Below are positions 1-14,824 of a stretch of DNA of 64,000 nucleotides, one piece after another. A program made the translations under genes and the position numbers. Within the stretch, counting starts at the first letter, position 1; every line of letters begins with the position of its first letter. The notes under the pieces are model-generated. The model searched no databases and was not told the DNA's origin. It saw only the letters and a program-made list of their open reading frames with translations. Origin of the DNA: Octopus vulgaris (taxonomy: Eukaryota); assembly GCA_951406725.2 (NCBI GenBank), contig OX597819.1, positions 18,848,001 to 18,912,000 on the forward strand, written 5' to 3'.

Positions 1-1363
1 AGCTGTAAACAAAATACATGGAACAAGAACGTTTTACTTGGAACTTCCGTTTAAAACAGTTTTTATTTTTATTGTATATACAAGCAAATATTTATGTTTG
101 AGTTTCATATTTTGTCATATTTTTCATATTAGTATCATAAAATTATTGCAAAGCTAACTCGTAACACTTCACTACTTTTACAAAATATATAAAAAAAAAC
201 ACGAGATTAATTGTCGACGCCTCACTTCATTTGTCCCATTTCATCCAATCAGCACTTGATATAAATATATTTATAGAATAGCGATTCAGTTTTCTAATGG
301 ACCGAACATTTTAACCAAGAAACACTGTGCAACATCTGAAGTTTTATCTCTAAGAAGGTTTATATTTTGAGCTTGCCAAACTGTAGAACCGCTGGTATTT
401 TGTTTTTCTTTTTTGCATTCAAAATTTCATGTCATTCTACAACTCATCGTTATATTTTGAGGACTATGCACATAGAGGAAAGCAAACAGCACATGAATAC
501 TAAACAATAATTGTCTAACCATTTTACAGCAAATCTAACACTGATCCATTTAAAAAGCAAACCTGATGTTAGCTGTGTTGTTGGAATAAGCAATGCGTTG
601 ATGTTCTAAAAAGGGTGGAGAAAAGGTTTCATATTTTGACGAATGTGTAACAAAAACAATCCATTAGAAAAATGAATTGATTTCATTCGGAACGGACCTT
701 ATGAAATTTCTAATAACAATAAGCTGTATGAAAATCGAAAGATTTCAAAAGTGAACTTTAAATATAATTGCGATAAGAGAATCAATGTACATATGATCGG
801 ACAAGGAAATTGTGTGCATTACATAGACAGAAACGTATGTAAGACTCTATTATATAATAACATTTATATTTACTAAAAAGGAAAATTGGCATCAATCCAT
901 TAACCCAGGAGCTAAGCAAACTGTCACTAAATACACATCAGAGCGCAGAATATTTAAAACTAGACACACCATACACAAAGAGCACATAATGGAATATAAC
1001 TGGCATCCTAAAATGTTAACACATAATTACTGAAGGTTACAAAGCATTAGCAGGGTTAGAATAAACAGAAAACTCATTTCTCTCCCATTAGGGCAAACTT
1101 TTATGTCATTAATGGAATGAGGTAGCAGGCTTAACGTCGAAAAGAGACAGCGGGTTTGCTCTGTATTACATAGAGGTTTAGCGTTCAATAAGTGAAACTG
1201 CTATCAAAATTTTGTCTTCCCAGCGTAGCAACTTGGAAAACAGCGACAGGGAATATGTTACAAACAAAAAAATAAGGAGTTGGGAATAATTCGTAGCATG
1301 TTTTGTTTGCATAAGCAATTCCTGCATACATACCTACGTACACACACACCAATAAATATGTAT

Positions 1364-1400
<37 letters not shown>

Positions 1401-1885
1401 TAAAGATAGACAGATGGATAGATATAGATACATGTACGTAGATATATACTACTATACATATATGCATGCACGAGGTGAGAGGACTTTAGTATAAACGTGG
1501 GGTTCATTTGCAGTGCATTAGTTCTTAGAGAAGTTTAGAAACATAAAATTCGACCTCATGAGCGAGGCAAAACAGTTCAGCTGAACAAGGGTCGCTTACA
1601 AGAAATCTATGACAGAGCAGTAATAAAAAGACAAACACAGAGACATGCAATAAAATGTGGTATTCATCATGTATGATATACGCTGCATAAAGCAAACGTA
1701 CGGGGACTACATTCCTCAGCTCGGAACATCTGTATGTTTATCAGACATCATTTTTGAAATATTTAATGCTATGTCATATGTAGTTGCGTGTACATGTGTC
1801 ACATTTTGTGCATATATACAGGCATAAACACACTCACAGCACGCACATGCGCGCATGCACACACATACGCGCATGCAAACACAGA

Positions 1886-1940
<55 letters not shown>

Positions 1941-2075
1941 TATATGTGTATGTATGTATGTAGTGTGTGTATATATATGTATGTATACATAAGGTGTATT
2001 TCGTTTGGAACAGCTTTCTAAACGTACTGATCCTTGACTTTATTCATTCAACTATACACACACACACACACGCAC

Positions 2076-2131
<56 letters not shown>

Positions 2132-2649
2132 TGTTGTATTTGGGGATGGCCATGTTGCCAGTTTAGTCAATAAAAACACATGCACTATATATTTGGTGTT
2201 AATTTATTTTATATTAATCGTTCTTTCGTAACGCTTCTGTGTTGTGTCCTCACTAGTGATCCTTTGCTTTCTTGTTTCTTATTTGTGTGTCTTTCCTTAC
2301 TAATGCTCAGCCATTTTGTATTCCTATTGTATGTGACTTTATTTGCGCATGCGCATACCATGTGTGTCTATGTTTAGTTTGTTGGGGGAAGTGCCTGCAT
2401 TATCCGTGTTCCCTGTTTATACATGTTCGTTTAATTTGTTCCTATTTTTTTGTTCATGTGTTTATACCTACTTATTATTTTTTTTATTCTTTCTTTTTTT
2501 GTATTTAATTTAATGTAATTTATTTTTTTAATGTATATAGTTAATTAATTCCATTTATTTATTGTATTGTATTATGTTTTGTTCATATTGTTATTAGTTT
2601 ATGAGGATCTTATTCTTTCATATTTTGAGTTGTGTTGGGGGTGTGTGCT

Positions 2650-4052
2650 TCAGTTCCATTCTAGTTTCCTGTTCAGGCTATGTTTATCTTATATTATGTG
2701 TGTAGCTTCTGTAATTTGTCTACGTGTTGCGTCTGTTCTATGTGTGGACAAGATTTTACATTCTATGTTGTTGAGTGAACCCCCGTGTTCCTGCTCGGCG
2801 TGCTGGTACAGAACCGATGTGCTCTTCTCTCCATTGCTCATTTACCCCCTCTCCTATGCTCCGTGCTGTTTCTCCTACATACATCATTATGTTGTTACTG
2901 CATCGTATACTATAGACTACATTTCTGGCTTTACATTTTGTTTGTGGGATAAATCTATATACAGTACAGAGTTCCTATCAGTACAGGGGTTCTACTAAAA
3001 CGGTAGGTTCTACCGATTAGGGATTTGATAGGGTTGCATAGCCTTTCCACAACCTTAATTCTTAGCTTAAGTTTGTCTAGGGCTCTTCTAAAGCGGTACA
3101 CCAGTTCGCCTCTTGGGGTGGTGTCGACGAACATGACACTCTGGTATATGTGGTTATCATACCAAGAGTTGACCTTCCCTATTTTCTTCTTAGTCCTTTC
3201 AATTGTGTTCCATGACTTTCTCCTATAGAGTGGGCAAATCCCATTCCTATCGTTACATATGATAGTTTCAAATTTTTTCATGGCTCCTTTGTATACTCTG
3301 ATACTTTCTCTATGGCTATATCCTCAGAACTGCATGCGGTGAATGAAATGTTGTATGAGTCACTTTAACTCTGTAGGATTGCACATGCGGGATACGTTTC
3401 GCATTACTCTGAAGAGGTCTGCCATCAATATATTGAATTTGCCATTGTCCACGATAGCTGAGTTCTGATGGATCAGGTATTTGGAGGCCATAGGTTCGGC
3501 ATAGTGTTATTGAAGGATTCTCGTTTTATTATTCTCAGTTTCCAGTCAGAGTTCTGTATCTAGTACTGGTAGTCTACGGTTAGGGTGTTTTGTAGGGTAT
3601 CTATCGTGAACTTAATACTCTGGTAGATGGAGTTAGCTATTTGCTGGATGCTCTCCATGGTATTAGTTTCCATTTCTATTTCAAGAGTACTCTCTTGTCG
3701 GGGGTGCCTTTACCACAACGTTGATATAATCGACATAGCGAGAGTACATGTTCACGAGTATGGAGTTCTGTGTAAGGCGTTCTTTAAGCCTTCTGTCCCA
3801 CTACACCATGAAAAGATTGGCCATATCACCGGCAATACTAACCCCGATGGCTGCCCCCCTCATCCTGGGCATATATTTTGCTGTTATACTTAAACGTGTG
3901 GCTTTTTAGGGTAACTTTTATACTAGCTCCTAGTGCATGTGCGATCATTTTCTTTATCTGATAATCATTTACGGGGGTCCGTATGGCCCTGGTTCATCTG
4001 CCCCTTCTCTCTATAGGGGCTCTTCCTAGCTATAGAAGTAATTCTGGGCTGT
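2650..4052 (-). mobile_element. Penelope-like retroelement relic (Neptune-like): RT, Cys-rich linker and C-terminal GIY-YIG endonuclease, disrupted by stops and frameshifts
   Basis: Minus-strand translation gives RT motifs YNSKIYAQDEGAAIGVSIAGDMANLFMV*WD and MYSRYVDYINV (~3729-3890). It gives the thumb/linker SVMFVDTTPRGEL..LRIKVVER (ORF 2955-3281), then GIY-YIG KCKARNVVYSIRC..YVGETARSIGE (YVGET at 2867-2881) and SVLYQHAEQEH..RRQITEATHI*..LNRKLEWN. Confidence 0.9.
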
Positions 4053-4129
4053 TTCAACACACGATTTCAAATCAAGAATCTTGCAAAACGAATATATAAA
4101 CGTAAATATATAGATATATACACATATTT

Positions 4130-4370
4130 ATGTGTGGGTGTCATTGTGTCCGTGTTCGTCCCCTCACCTTCACTTGACAACCGACATTGGTGTGTTTATG
4201 TCCTCGTAACGAGTGATTTGGTAAAGAAACCGTCGATAGAATACGTACTGGTCTCACAGAAAATAAGTCATGGAGTCAGGTCATGAAGTCGATTTCTTGG
4301 ACTACAATCAATAAAGAAGGTGCTCCAGCCTGGTCGCAGTCAGATGATTGAAATAAAAGACTAAAAGATT
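4130..4370 (+). mobile_element. SINE family A (CORE-like tRNA-SINE), diverged 3' half
   Basis: cttgacaaccgacattggtgtgtttatgtcc..gatagaatacgtactgg..ggtgctccagcctggtcgcagtca matches the full-length copy at 62923-63356. Confidence 0.75.
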
Positions 4371-4910
4371 ATGTGTCTGTGTGTATGCGTGTGTGTTGTT
4401 TTGTGTATGTATTTATCTATGTATCCATACATGTGTTTGCATGAATATATCTGAAAGCGTAACTCATCAAAATCTACAACCACACACCACACGCTGAGAT
4501 ATATTTGCCGAGTGGAATAAATCTTGGTTTGGTGTGAAAAATCTTCAGTAACGATCCATTGTGAAATATCGACCCAGTATTAATGGATTCAAATCTTACG
4601 ATTAATTCCTATTTTATCAGCTGGGGAAATCAAGAAGAGAACACATATTCACTGATCTTTCTGACATCACGTGAAATCAAGATTGCTGAAGTTATGTTCT
4701 TTTCGGTTTTGCTCTCATTTAGCGGACTTGAGTATTCGTTACTAGCCGTCTCTTAAATGTTTCCACCCGTCGTTTATATAGATATATATGTATACATATA
4801 CGTACAAGCATACATACATACATACATACACAAGCATACACGCACAAACACACACACACACACACACGCACACACACACACATACACACACACACACATA
4901 TATATATATC

Positions 4911-5125
4911 TTTCTCTTGTACTTGTTTCAGTCATTTGACTGCGGCCATGCTGGAGCACCACCTTTAATCGAGCAACTCGACCCCGGGACTTATTCTTTG
5001 TAAGCCCAGTACTTATTCTATCGGTCTCTTTTGCCGAACCGCTAACTGACGGGGACATAGACACACCAGCATCAGTGGTCAAGCAATGCTACGGGGACAA
5101 ACACAGACACACAAACACACACATA
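4911..5125 (-). mobile_element. SINE family A, 3' half
   Basis: Reverse complement of the conserved 3' body (acttgtttcagtcatttgactgcggccatgctggagcacc...). Confidence 0.9.
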
Positions 5126-5269
5126 CATATACATATATACATATATTTTTCGCTCTCTCTATATATATACATATATATATTTATATATTCGTTTTGCACA
5201 CACACACACTTACTAAACATAGACATACATAGGGGTATACGCATGCGCAAATAAAGACATGCGATGGGA

Positions 5270-5830
5270 ATACAAATTGCAAAATGGCTGATCGTTAGTA
5301 AGGGATACACGCAGTGGGAAAAAAACCTTAATGAGAGAACGGTGGTTTTGAGGACACCATCACTGTCTTCTCTTAGGCGGATATTGAAAAGGAGTTGGCA
5401 GAATATCTGCAAATTATTAAGTTTATTGAAAGAGGTGTCAAATATGCAACAGTGTGTTTGCTGTTTGACACCCCTGGGGCTCTTAATGGAGCAGTTGATG
5501 AAGACTTCTGTAGAAAAAGAAACGAAGGCGACCGAGGGGGCGAAGGACTCCTCAAAGAAGGGTCGCAAGAGGAAGAAGGTGAGCAATAATGGCTGCTCAG
5601 CGAAGGATCCTATGGATGAGGGAGACGAGACGAATCTCCTGTCACGGAGGAGACGCACCATTCCCCAGTTGAGAAGAAAAAATGTGGAAGAGGAAGAAAA
5701 TCGGGACATTGCCGCCATTCGGTGACACCAGAATGTCCCGGAACCTCGTCAGTTGTGCCAACGGCAGAGGAAGAGACACCGTTGTGGGAAATTTTGCCGC
5801 CAACTGTAGAATTGACTGTAGAGAAAAACA
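5270..5830 (+). pseudogene. Decayed ORF with an RRM-like segment, probably ORF1 of a non-LTR retrotransposon
   Basis: Frameshifted peptide ERTVVLRT../ADIEKELAEYLQIIKFIERGVKYATVCLLFDTP followed by a charged low-complexity region. It resembles the translation of 28945-29280. Family assignment is inference. Confidence 0.45.
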
Positions 5831-8800
5831 AATTATTGATCTTCTTCTACGCACAGTGAGGACATTAGGCATTAGAATATATACATAAATAGCGTAGTTT
5901 TGTAAACATAATGACCTATAATTCTGAACATTATACTCAGTGGTCATATTTGGCCTGGGTGACCAGAAAAATGTGTCTCGCTGACTGCTTTCCGTTTCTA
6001 TTTTCGATTCATCGATTGTTGATTATACATTATATACATTATAAATTAAGATGGATGTTGGTTGCACGACATTATGTTATTACTGGCACCTTCCTTCCAA
6101 AATTATAAATAATCTGTTTACATTATAAATTTCAATCAAATATATAATAATCTTATTATTATACAGTGTGAAATGGAACGGATTTGTTTCTGAACAAGAG
6201 CAAAAACGGAAAAAGGGTATTATAATATTTCTCAGCTCGCTTGAAATAGCAGCCGATCCAATCAAACAGCTCTCTACTGCCATAAAACATTGTCAAATGA
6301 AACCCTAATGTTTTTTTTTCTTTAAGTGTTGAGAGAATCATTGCCAGAATTTCTTTCCTTATAGGCCTATCGGAATCAGTGCTAAATATGCTTAGCGAAT
6401 TGGAACAACAGATCTCCTGATATTAATCACAAAGTGTTAGATTATACATTGGCTTCCTAAAACTAAACAAGATGTTCGCTAAGTCGATATATTGCCATGT
6501 GCCTCGTGCATAACCACTCAGCCATATTTTGTTTAGATTGGAGTTCATAAAGGGTTACGCTAGATATACAAAGTCACATAAATATACATAACAATGGATC
6601 ATGTTTATATTTTCACTCAGAAGTCTATTTTATAAATTTGTATATTACAAATTACTCAGGTTCATATCCTGCACATTGCAAATTTGGATTTGCTCAAATG
6701 ATTATCGCACGAGATCGTCTCACTCATTGCTTCTTAGAGATTGGTGACGAAGTTTATTGAAAGAACCCGAAAAATTTCTATGTTTACCAAAATTGAAAAC
6801 GCTGCAAAATGCTATATATCAGAGAATAATTCGTATAACTCGAGTCAGATAAAGTTATAAATAAGAGCATATAAAAATCGGTTTTAAAATCCATTTGGAT
6901 GACATTTGTTTTATTAACAAATAATGTGAAGGCGTCCAAATAATTACATTTTATATATTGGATGGTTTCTTGCCAAATGTGAATTCCATTACCACTGGAG
7001 CAACCAACTACCTTAATTTCATATACTTATTTGATCCAACAACACACTGCTACAAATACGCAATTTAATACAATATTGCACTGAGCTCTATCAGCTATTA
7101 TGGGGCGGTGCATCATACGTCCTCAACAGTTCTGTTCCCTTGAACAGGCTGCACTGCACTGGACTCACACAACTCCACTGTACAGCAATTCGCTGTACTT
7201 TTCCGTTCAGTACATATTATAGTCTTAAACCCCAACGCATCCACTAGGGGACAAATACATTTCCATACAACAAACATACGCACGAACACATGCATATACA
7301 TATGTACACATACTCATATACACACGTATACACACGTATGCACACGCTCACACACACACACACACAAGTACACCATTATATATATATATATATACACACA
7401 TATGCATGTGCGTTCAGGTATGTGTGTGTCTGTGTAGACAGACAGACAGACAGACAAACAGATAAATAGATGTGCAGCGTGCGTGATATTTCTTGCGTGT
7501 CATAGATTTCTGGTGGAACCAGATAAATTTCAGTGTAGTGAATGTCAGTGGATATCGCTCACAGCCGCTGAGGCCAAAGTTAAGATGGAGGTTGGTCGTA
7601 CGTCATTATGCTATTATTACTGTCACCTTCCTTCCAAAAATGCGATTACAAATACCTCCCCAAAAGAACAAGACAAACATTTAATATATCTGGGAGTGGT
7701 GATAAGTTCATTAAGCAAGTTCATTAAGTAAGTAGTAATTCTATGCTGTGATGTAGGCCATCAGCCATTATTGAATGCAAATAGGGCAGGGTTGTTGTCT
7801 ATTATATATATATACCCTAATGTTGGATGAGGAAGTCTCATAATTTTAAGCTAAGTATACACACATCTGTGTTGCATTTACTTTGCGAATCATCACCATT
7901 AACCCCTGAGTTTTACTGTCTCAAGATCTCGGATACATGAGAATGGTCTTCAGGTGTGTATGGTGTATAAGTGGTCGAGAAATCAACAATTCCCTTGAAA
8001 GGGACGTCACTCTGCAAAAATTTTCACGGGCGTGCAGGGGAGTCCTGAAGTGAAGAACCTATTCAATTCATATAAAACAATTACCTATCTTATCTTTTTC
8101 CCGTCTTCTGTTCTAGAGGTCTGTACGCACTGAAGATCAAAACAATACGAGTTTTCGAAATTAGCGTTATATTTACGGAGATTCCAATAAGCAGTCGTTT
8201 ATAGAATACTCTAGTTCCTGCAACAATCGCCTGTATCTTAATCGTTGTAGAAACATCAGATTTTATGTGATACCTGTTGCATAAATGATAATGTTGGTTG
8301 TCTCTCTAGAATTATTCATGCATTAAAACAAGGAATCGCTTTGTCAGGCTTTCTATAATGTTATTGCTAGACAGACAAAAGAACCAGTTCGTATTTCCTT
8401 CTTTGTAGTATGTTTGAATACAATTGTATTATGAATTTGTTATAGGTAAGTGAATTATAATACCTGTCGAAGGAATCATGCGCAGAAATAGCTTTTCAAG
8501 ACATGGAGAATATCGACATCTCCTATTTTGTTTGCCAAATACGACTCCGCTGAACCTGGCCGCTTCTAATTTCTCAAAATTCTGAAAAATACCAAAGCTT
8601 TTATTTCCAGATACAAATATAATCCTAATCTTCACGAAATAAGGTTGTGCTGCTTAAATTTATGAGGAACACATTTTAAAATTTACCACAGGATTTTGTA
8701 TATTTGAGAAGTACAAAATCAATGAGATATTTATGGTTGAAGCGTCTTTGATCCTATGTGTGCTCTATTAAAATCGACCTAGGTTTAATCAACGACCAAC

Positions 8801-9240
8801 AAGTGACTTTATGTTCCGCACCATGTACTGTCTCATACATTATATTGAGCACTTTATAATTCGCAGCAATATATATACACGTTGCCATATTGCAATATTT
8901 TTGCTAATTCTATTCTATGAAAATGCCTGAGAAAAACAACATAATCAATGTCTTCATAGCACCATAACAATATAAACATAGAATAACAACCTTGAAGAAC
9001 ATTAGGATAATAAAGGAGAAATTTATGAAAATTATTCTCAATAAAGGAACATGTTTTGTGAATTAGGTCATTGATCATAATGTTGGAAATATAGGACAAA
9101 GGATTGGTTTTTAAAATCAGAGGAGTGGGAGACAATTTTCCCTTGCTGTATTCCAAAACAGTCCGCAATTCGCTTAATGGATTTTCTATTAAGCTGCCTG
9201 CTAAAAATTTAATAAATACAACACTAAGGAAATTTCGCAT

Positions 9241-9420
<180 letters not shown>

Positions 9421-9649
9421 TCTAAGGGGTAATCTCAACATGCACAAATTTGAAATAAACCTGATTATTTCGCTTTCTCGTGGATTATATAGGTTATTGA
9501 TTATGTTCAATATAGGAACACAAATAAACAGAGCAAACGGATATGTTTGGAGTAGAAGTATGCATGTTCATAATATTTGCAATATATGTGTGTTTGTGTT
9601 TGTGTTTGTGTTTTTGTCTCTGTCTGTGAGAGACTGAATATACTTATGA

Positions 9650-9686
<37 letters not shown>

Positions 9687-9718
9687 TACATATATATACG
9701 ACACTATACATATATATG

Positions 9719-9762
<44 letters not shown>

Positions 9763-9788
9763 ATATATTTATACATACATTTATACAT

Positions 9789-9823
<35 letters not shown>

Positions 9824-10191
9824 GAAGCGCATACGTGTGTACATGCATACACAGTTCTATATTGGTTAACACACATGTATGTATGTGTGTATGTATATAT
9901 ATATATGCGTACGTGTATATATTTGTGTGTGCGAGTGTAATCGTTATTGTGTATAAATATGAACATATGCGTATACATATGAATATATATTCTTATCCAT
10001 TATATATTAATATGTATATATATAAATGTGTATATGTGTAAATGTGTAAAAATATGAACATATATATGTATACATACGAATATATATTCATATGTACTTT
10101 TATCAATATATATATGAATAATAATAATAATAATGAATCATGTATAAATATATATTATAAATCATCTATATATATGCAACATGTATATGTG

Positions 10192-10236
<45 letters not shown>

Positions 10237-10340
10237 GTATATATATGAATGTATATATTAATTTGCAAGTCAGTCCCAAATATTAGCTTCGATCGCGAAT
10301 AACACCACACTAAAGTTTCAATAATTCTCTCTCTCTCTCT

Positions 10341-10377
<37 letters not shown>

Positions 10378-11096
10378 GTCAAGATCAAGTTTCTGCTAAT
10401 CAAGTATGCGTTAGTGTTTAACGCTGTGATTATTTCATTTGAAGAGGTTGTAAAAAGCTTTATGAAACTCGTGCTTCTGTTTATATAAACCGTGTTTGGT
10501 CGATAAATTAGAGGAAATGCAGGTAAAATGAAATACAAACATACATGCAGTTTACACTGCTAAATCGTTCGCTAAGATTCTTCAATTAGGTCAAATACTT
10601 AATATACTCGTGAAAGTGAGCAATTAAGCGTTCAGTGTAATGGCATGTCCTACTTGAAGTACTTAATTATGAAGCCACCATGTCACCACACGCTAAGTAT
10701 GGAGTAGAGTCTTAATAACACACTGTTAAAAGACAGCGATTATATTCTAATCTGACTTGGTTGTGCATTGAGGGTGACTCACTATTTTAGCTTCTTCATC
10801 AGTGTAAATATATATATAATTATTTATAAATTCTGATGCTGCAAAATTAATTCTGATGCTGCACAGATTTATTTATACATCGCGCGCGCGCATACACACG
10901 CACGTAAACACATAACACACACACTATCACGCACATATATGCATCGATTTTTTTATTGGTTAACACCCGTACTATACCACTCATGTACTACTACAACTAC
11001 TCAAATAAGAATAAACTTAATAGTAAAAATAATACAGCAACAGCAACAACAACAATAATAATAACAATAATAATAATAATAATAGTAATTGTTATA

Positions 11097-11662
<566 letters not shown>

Positions 11663-11694
11663 AACTACTACTACTACTACTACCACTACTACTT

Positions 11695-11727
<33 letters not shown>

Positions 11728-11754
11728 ATACTAATAATAATAATAATAATAATA

Positions 11755-11792
<38 letters not shown>

Positions 11793-12076
11793 TTATTCTT
11801 CAAACAGTAAGCTAGATTTTCATTAGATTGAAATCAACGCTTCTTGAATTTTACAGATGGGCAGCGAGGAACGCAGCGGTAAACCCCTTTTCTCGACGGT
11901 GATACGACCTCCCTTTCCACCTCCTCCACCATCTTCTGCTTGCCTCACTTCCGTGTTTAAAACCACTCCAAAGCAGCACTCGTACACTCCCTCTCAATAA
12001 TCCATTATACTGACCATATTGTGTCGCCTTTTTTTTCCCTTTCAGTTATTTTTTCTATCTCTGTCTCTGTATATAC

Positions 12077-12137
<61 letters not shown>

Positions 12138-12144
12138 TGCGTGC

Positions 12145-12206
<62 letters not shown>

Positions 12207-12208
12207 CA

Positions 12209-12435
12209 AGGCGGCGAGCTGGCAGAGACGTTAGCACGCCGTTGAAGTGCTTCGCGGCATTTCGCCCGTCGCTACGTTCTGAGTTCAAATTCCGCCGAGG
12301 TCGACTTTGCCTTTCATCCTTTCGGGGTCGTTAAATTAAGTACCCGTTACGCACTGGGGTCGATGTAATTGATTTAATCCGTTTGTCTGTCCTTATTTGT
12401 CCCCTCTATGTTTAGCCCATTGTGGGTAATAAAGA
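12209..12435 (+). mobile_element. SINE family B (tRNA head plus Meta-domain-like body)
   Basis: A-box-like tggcagagacgttag and B box gagttcaaattcc, then gccgaggtcgactttgcctttcatcctttcggggtcg..taagtacc resembling the MetaSINE central domain. Confidence 0.85.
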
Positions 12436-12499
12436 AGCATATATATATATATATATATATATATCTTCTCCAACCAGTTTTTCAATTTTTATATTATTT

Positions 12500-13207
12500 T
12501 ATTTTTATTTTTTATTTTATGTTTTGCTTTATGCGTTCAATAATGGCAACAACAAAACGGTGAGGCATATTAACGATGTCTATGGGGATTGGACAATAAG
12601 CGTACGCTAGTGTCAAAGGTCGTTCCAGAAATTCCGAGTCGTGAGCCACAGCCTAGAAATCGTGCCTTGTCCTGGAAGAAATGTAGTGCTTCACGAGGAC
12701 GTCCTGCAACCTATCGTGGAACAAGACCCCATCGTAACCGTTGAGGATAAACACAGAAGATTGGATTTGGCCATTCAACCATTCATGGACAGCTGCGCTA
12801 GAAGGAAAACGAGTATTTTCAAGACGAAAGATGTTCTTCGGTCATGATAATGCTCGCCCACATACAGCGAAGATGATATTCGAATGGCTGGAACAGTTTG
12901 AATGAGAAACAATGCCCCCCCCCCCACCCACCGTATCGCCGGACATTTCCCCATTTGATTATCCTTTATTCCGTAGTCTTCAAAATCATTTGGACGGAAA
13001 AAGTATGAATTCTATAGATGAGGTCAGGAACTACTGCAGGAGTATTTTTCGTCACAGACGAGTGAATTTTGGAAGAGGAGCATCGCACGTCTAACAGATA
13101 GATAGAAGAGCATTGTAAAAAAATGAATGACAGAATAAAAGAACTTTGCTTATCTTAATTTTGAGAAATAACAGTATTAAAATGCGCATTATTTATGAGA
13201 TGACCTT
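12500..13207 (+). mobile_element. Decayed mariner transposon (internally deleted transposase pseudogene)
   Basis: N-terminal HTH-like LLYAFNNG..RHINDVYGD..ISVR*CQR.FQKFR, then HDNARPH (~12843) and SPDISPFDYPLFRSLQNHLDGK (ORF 12912-13094). A probable right TIR aatgcgcattatttatgagatgacct ends in TA; the left TIR is not seen. Confidence 0.85.
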
Positions 13208-13227
13208 ATATATATATATATATATAT

Positions 13228-13638
13228 ACTCTTTTTTTACTTGTTTCAGTCATTTGACTGCGTCCATGCTGGAGCACCGCCTTTAGTCGATCAAATCGAC
13301 CCCGGGACTTATTGTTTGTAAGCCCAGTACTTATTCTATCGGTCTCTTTTGCCGAACCGCTAAGTGACGGGGACGTAAACACACCAGCATCGGTTGTCAA
13401 GCAATGCTAGGGAGACAAACACAGACACATAACCACCCCCCCCCACACACACACATATATATATATATACATATATACGACAGGCTTCTTTCAGTTTCCG
13501 TCTACCAAATCCACTCACAAGGCATTGGTTGGCCCGGGGCTATAGCAGAAGACACTTGCCCAAGATGCCACGCAGTGGGACTGAACCTAGAACCATGTGG
13601 TTGGTTAGCAAGCTACTTACCACACAGCCACTCCTGCG

Positions 13639-13641
<3 letters not shown>
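13228..13641 (-). mobile_element. SINE family A, full length
   Basis: On the minus strand: aggcgcaggagtggctgtgtgg (A box), ggttcagtccc (B box), CORE-like cttgggcaagtgtcttc, and 3' tail gactgaaacaagtaaaa. Confidence 0.92.
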
Positions 13642-13720
<79 letters not shown>

Positions 13721-14158
13721 TAATTTTTACTTCATTACGAATTATGACCGTCTACGATGAGATGAATTCACTTTTTGTTCTTTTGGGAAGCGATAAATAT
13801 AATCTGGTTCAATATTCTATGGTTAACCGAATGCAGAAGAATATTTAAAGAAACCTTGAATTCATAGATTATGTTAATGAATATGCACAAATTTAAGGGT
13901 ATATGCGTTTCATTCAAACCGTAGGATCAATAATGAGAAAACGTAACTGCATATTCGATTGAAAATAGCTTGTGAAAGGGACATTTTATACAAAAGCATA
14001 ATTGCTAACCCAACATGCTGCTCCTACCAATTTAATGTCTTCCTACGCCTATGTCGATTAATCTATGAATATGCCATATTTTAAACAATGTAAAGAATGG
14101 GAGATCGTAACGACGAGAGAGCAGAAACAAGTGAAACGGTGAATTATTATTATTATCA

Positions 14159-14239
<81 letters not shown>

Positions 14240-14691
14240 TTATTATTATCATTATTATTATCTAAAGATTAACCCGAGCAGGTTTGACAAGTAGAAAATG
14301 AAACAAATGGAAACCAGAAGCACGTGGGCGCAAATCAGACAAAGTAGCAACTTGTTGAAAGTGTAGAAATATAAAGCAATGCAACAAAAAGCAAAGATGT
14401 CTACAATGGAGATAGAGTCACCGAAGGAAGAAACGTTTCGATCGACCACCTCTATTAACATGGAGGAAAAGTTTTAACACTAAATGAATTAGGTTTATAT
14501 AATCGCACAAACACATACACACATGCACACGCGCTCACGCAAATACTCTCTCACTCATTCTTTCTCTCCCTCTCCCTCTCTCTCTTTCTCTCATACTCAC
14601 GCTGACATATATATAATTACGTATACGGGCCGGTTTGTGTATATTATATATACTCACATGTTTATATTTAATATTTATAATAGAGAACATC

Positions 14692-14744
14692 ATTGATAGT
14701 GACTTTGAAGTTTCGGCTAGCAGAGCCATCGTCGGCCTATCAAT
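14692..14744 (-). ncRNA. Decayed type I hammerhead ribozyme motif
   Basis: Minus strand: ATTGATAGG-CCGACGA-T-GGCT-ctgct-AGCC-GAAAC-ttcaaa-GTC-ACTATCAAT. It has 8-bp stem I, 4-bp stem II and a GUC site; deviations are U4C in the core and a mismatch at the base of stem I. Confidence 0.6.
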
Positions 14745-14824
14745 AATATTCTTGTGCAGAAATAATAAATTTGTATTCTACGAAATTACTTGAACCCATT
14801 ACATTAAACTAATTCTTCTTAATA

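Noticed and set aside
14420-14460. GAAACGTTT hammerhead-like fragment on the minus strand
   Set aside because: No CUGANGA box or convincing stem II
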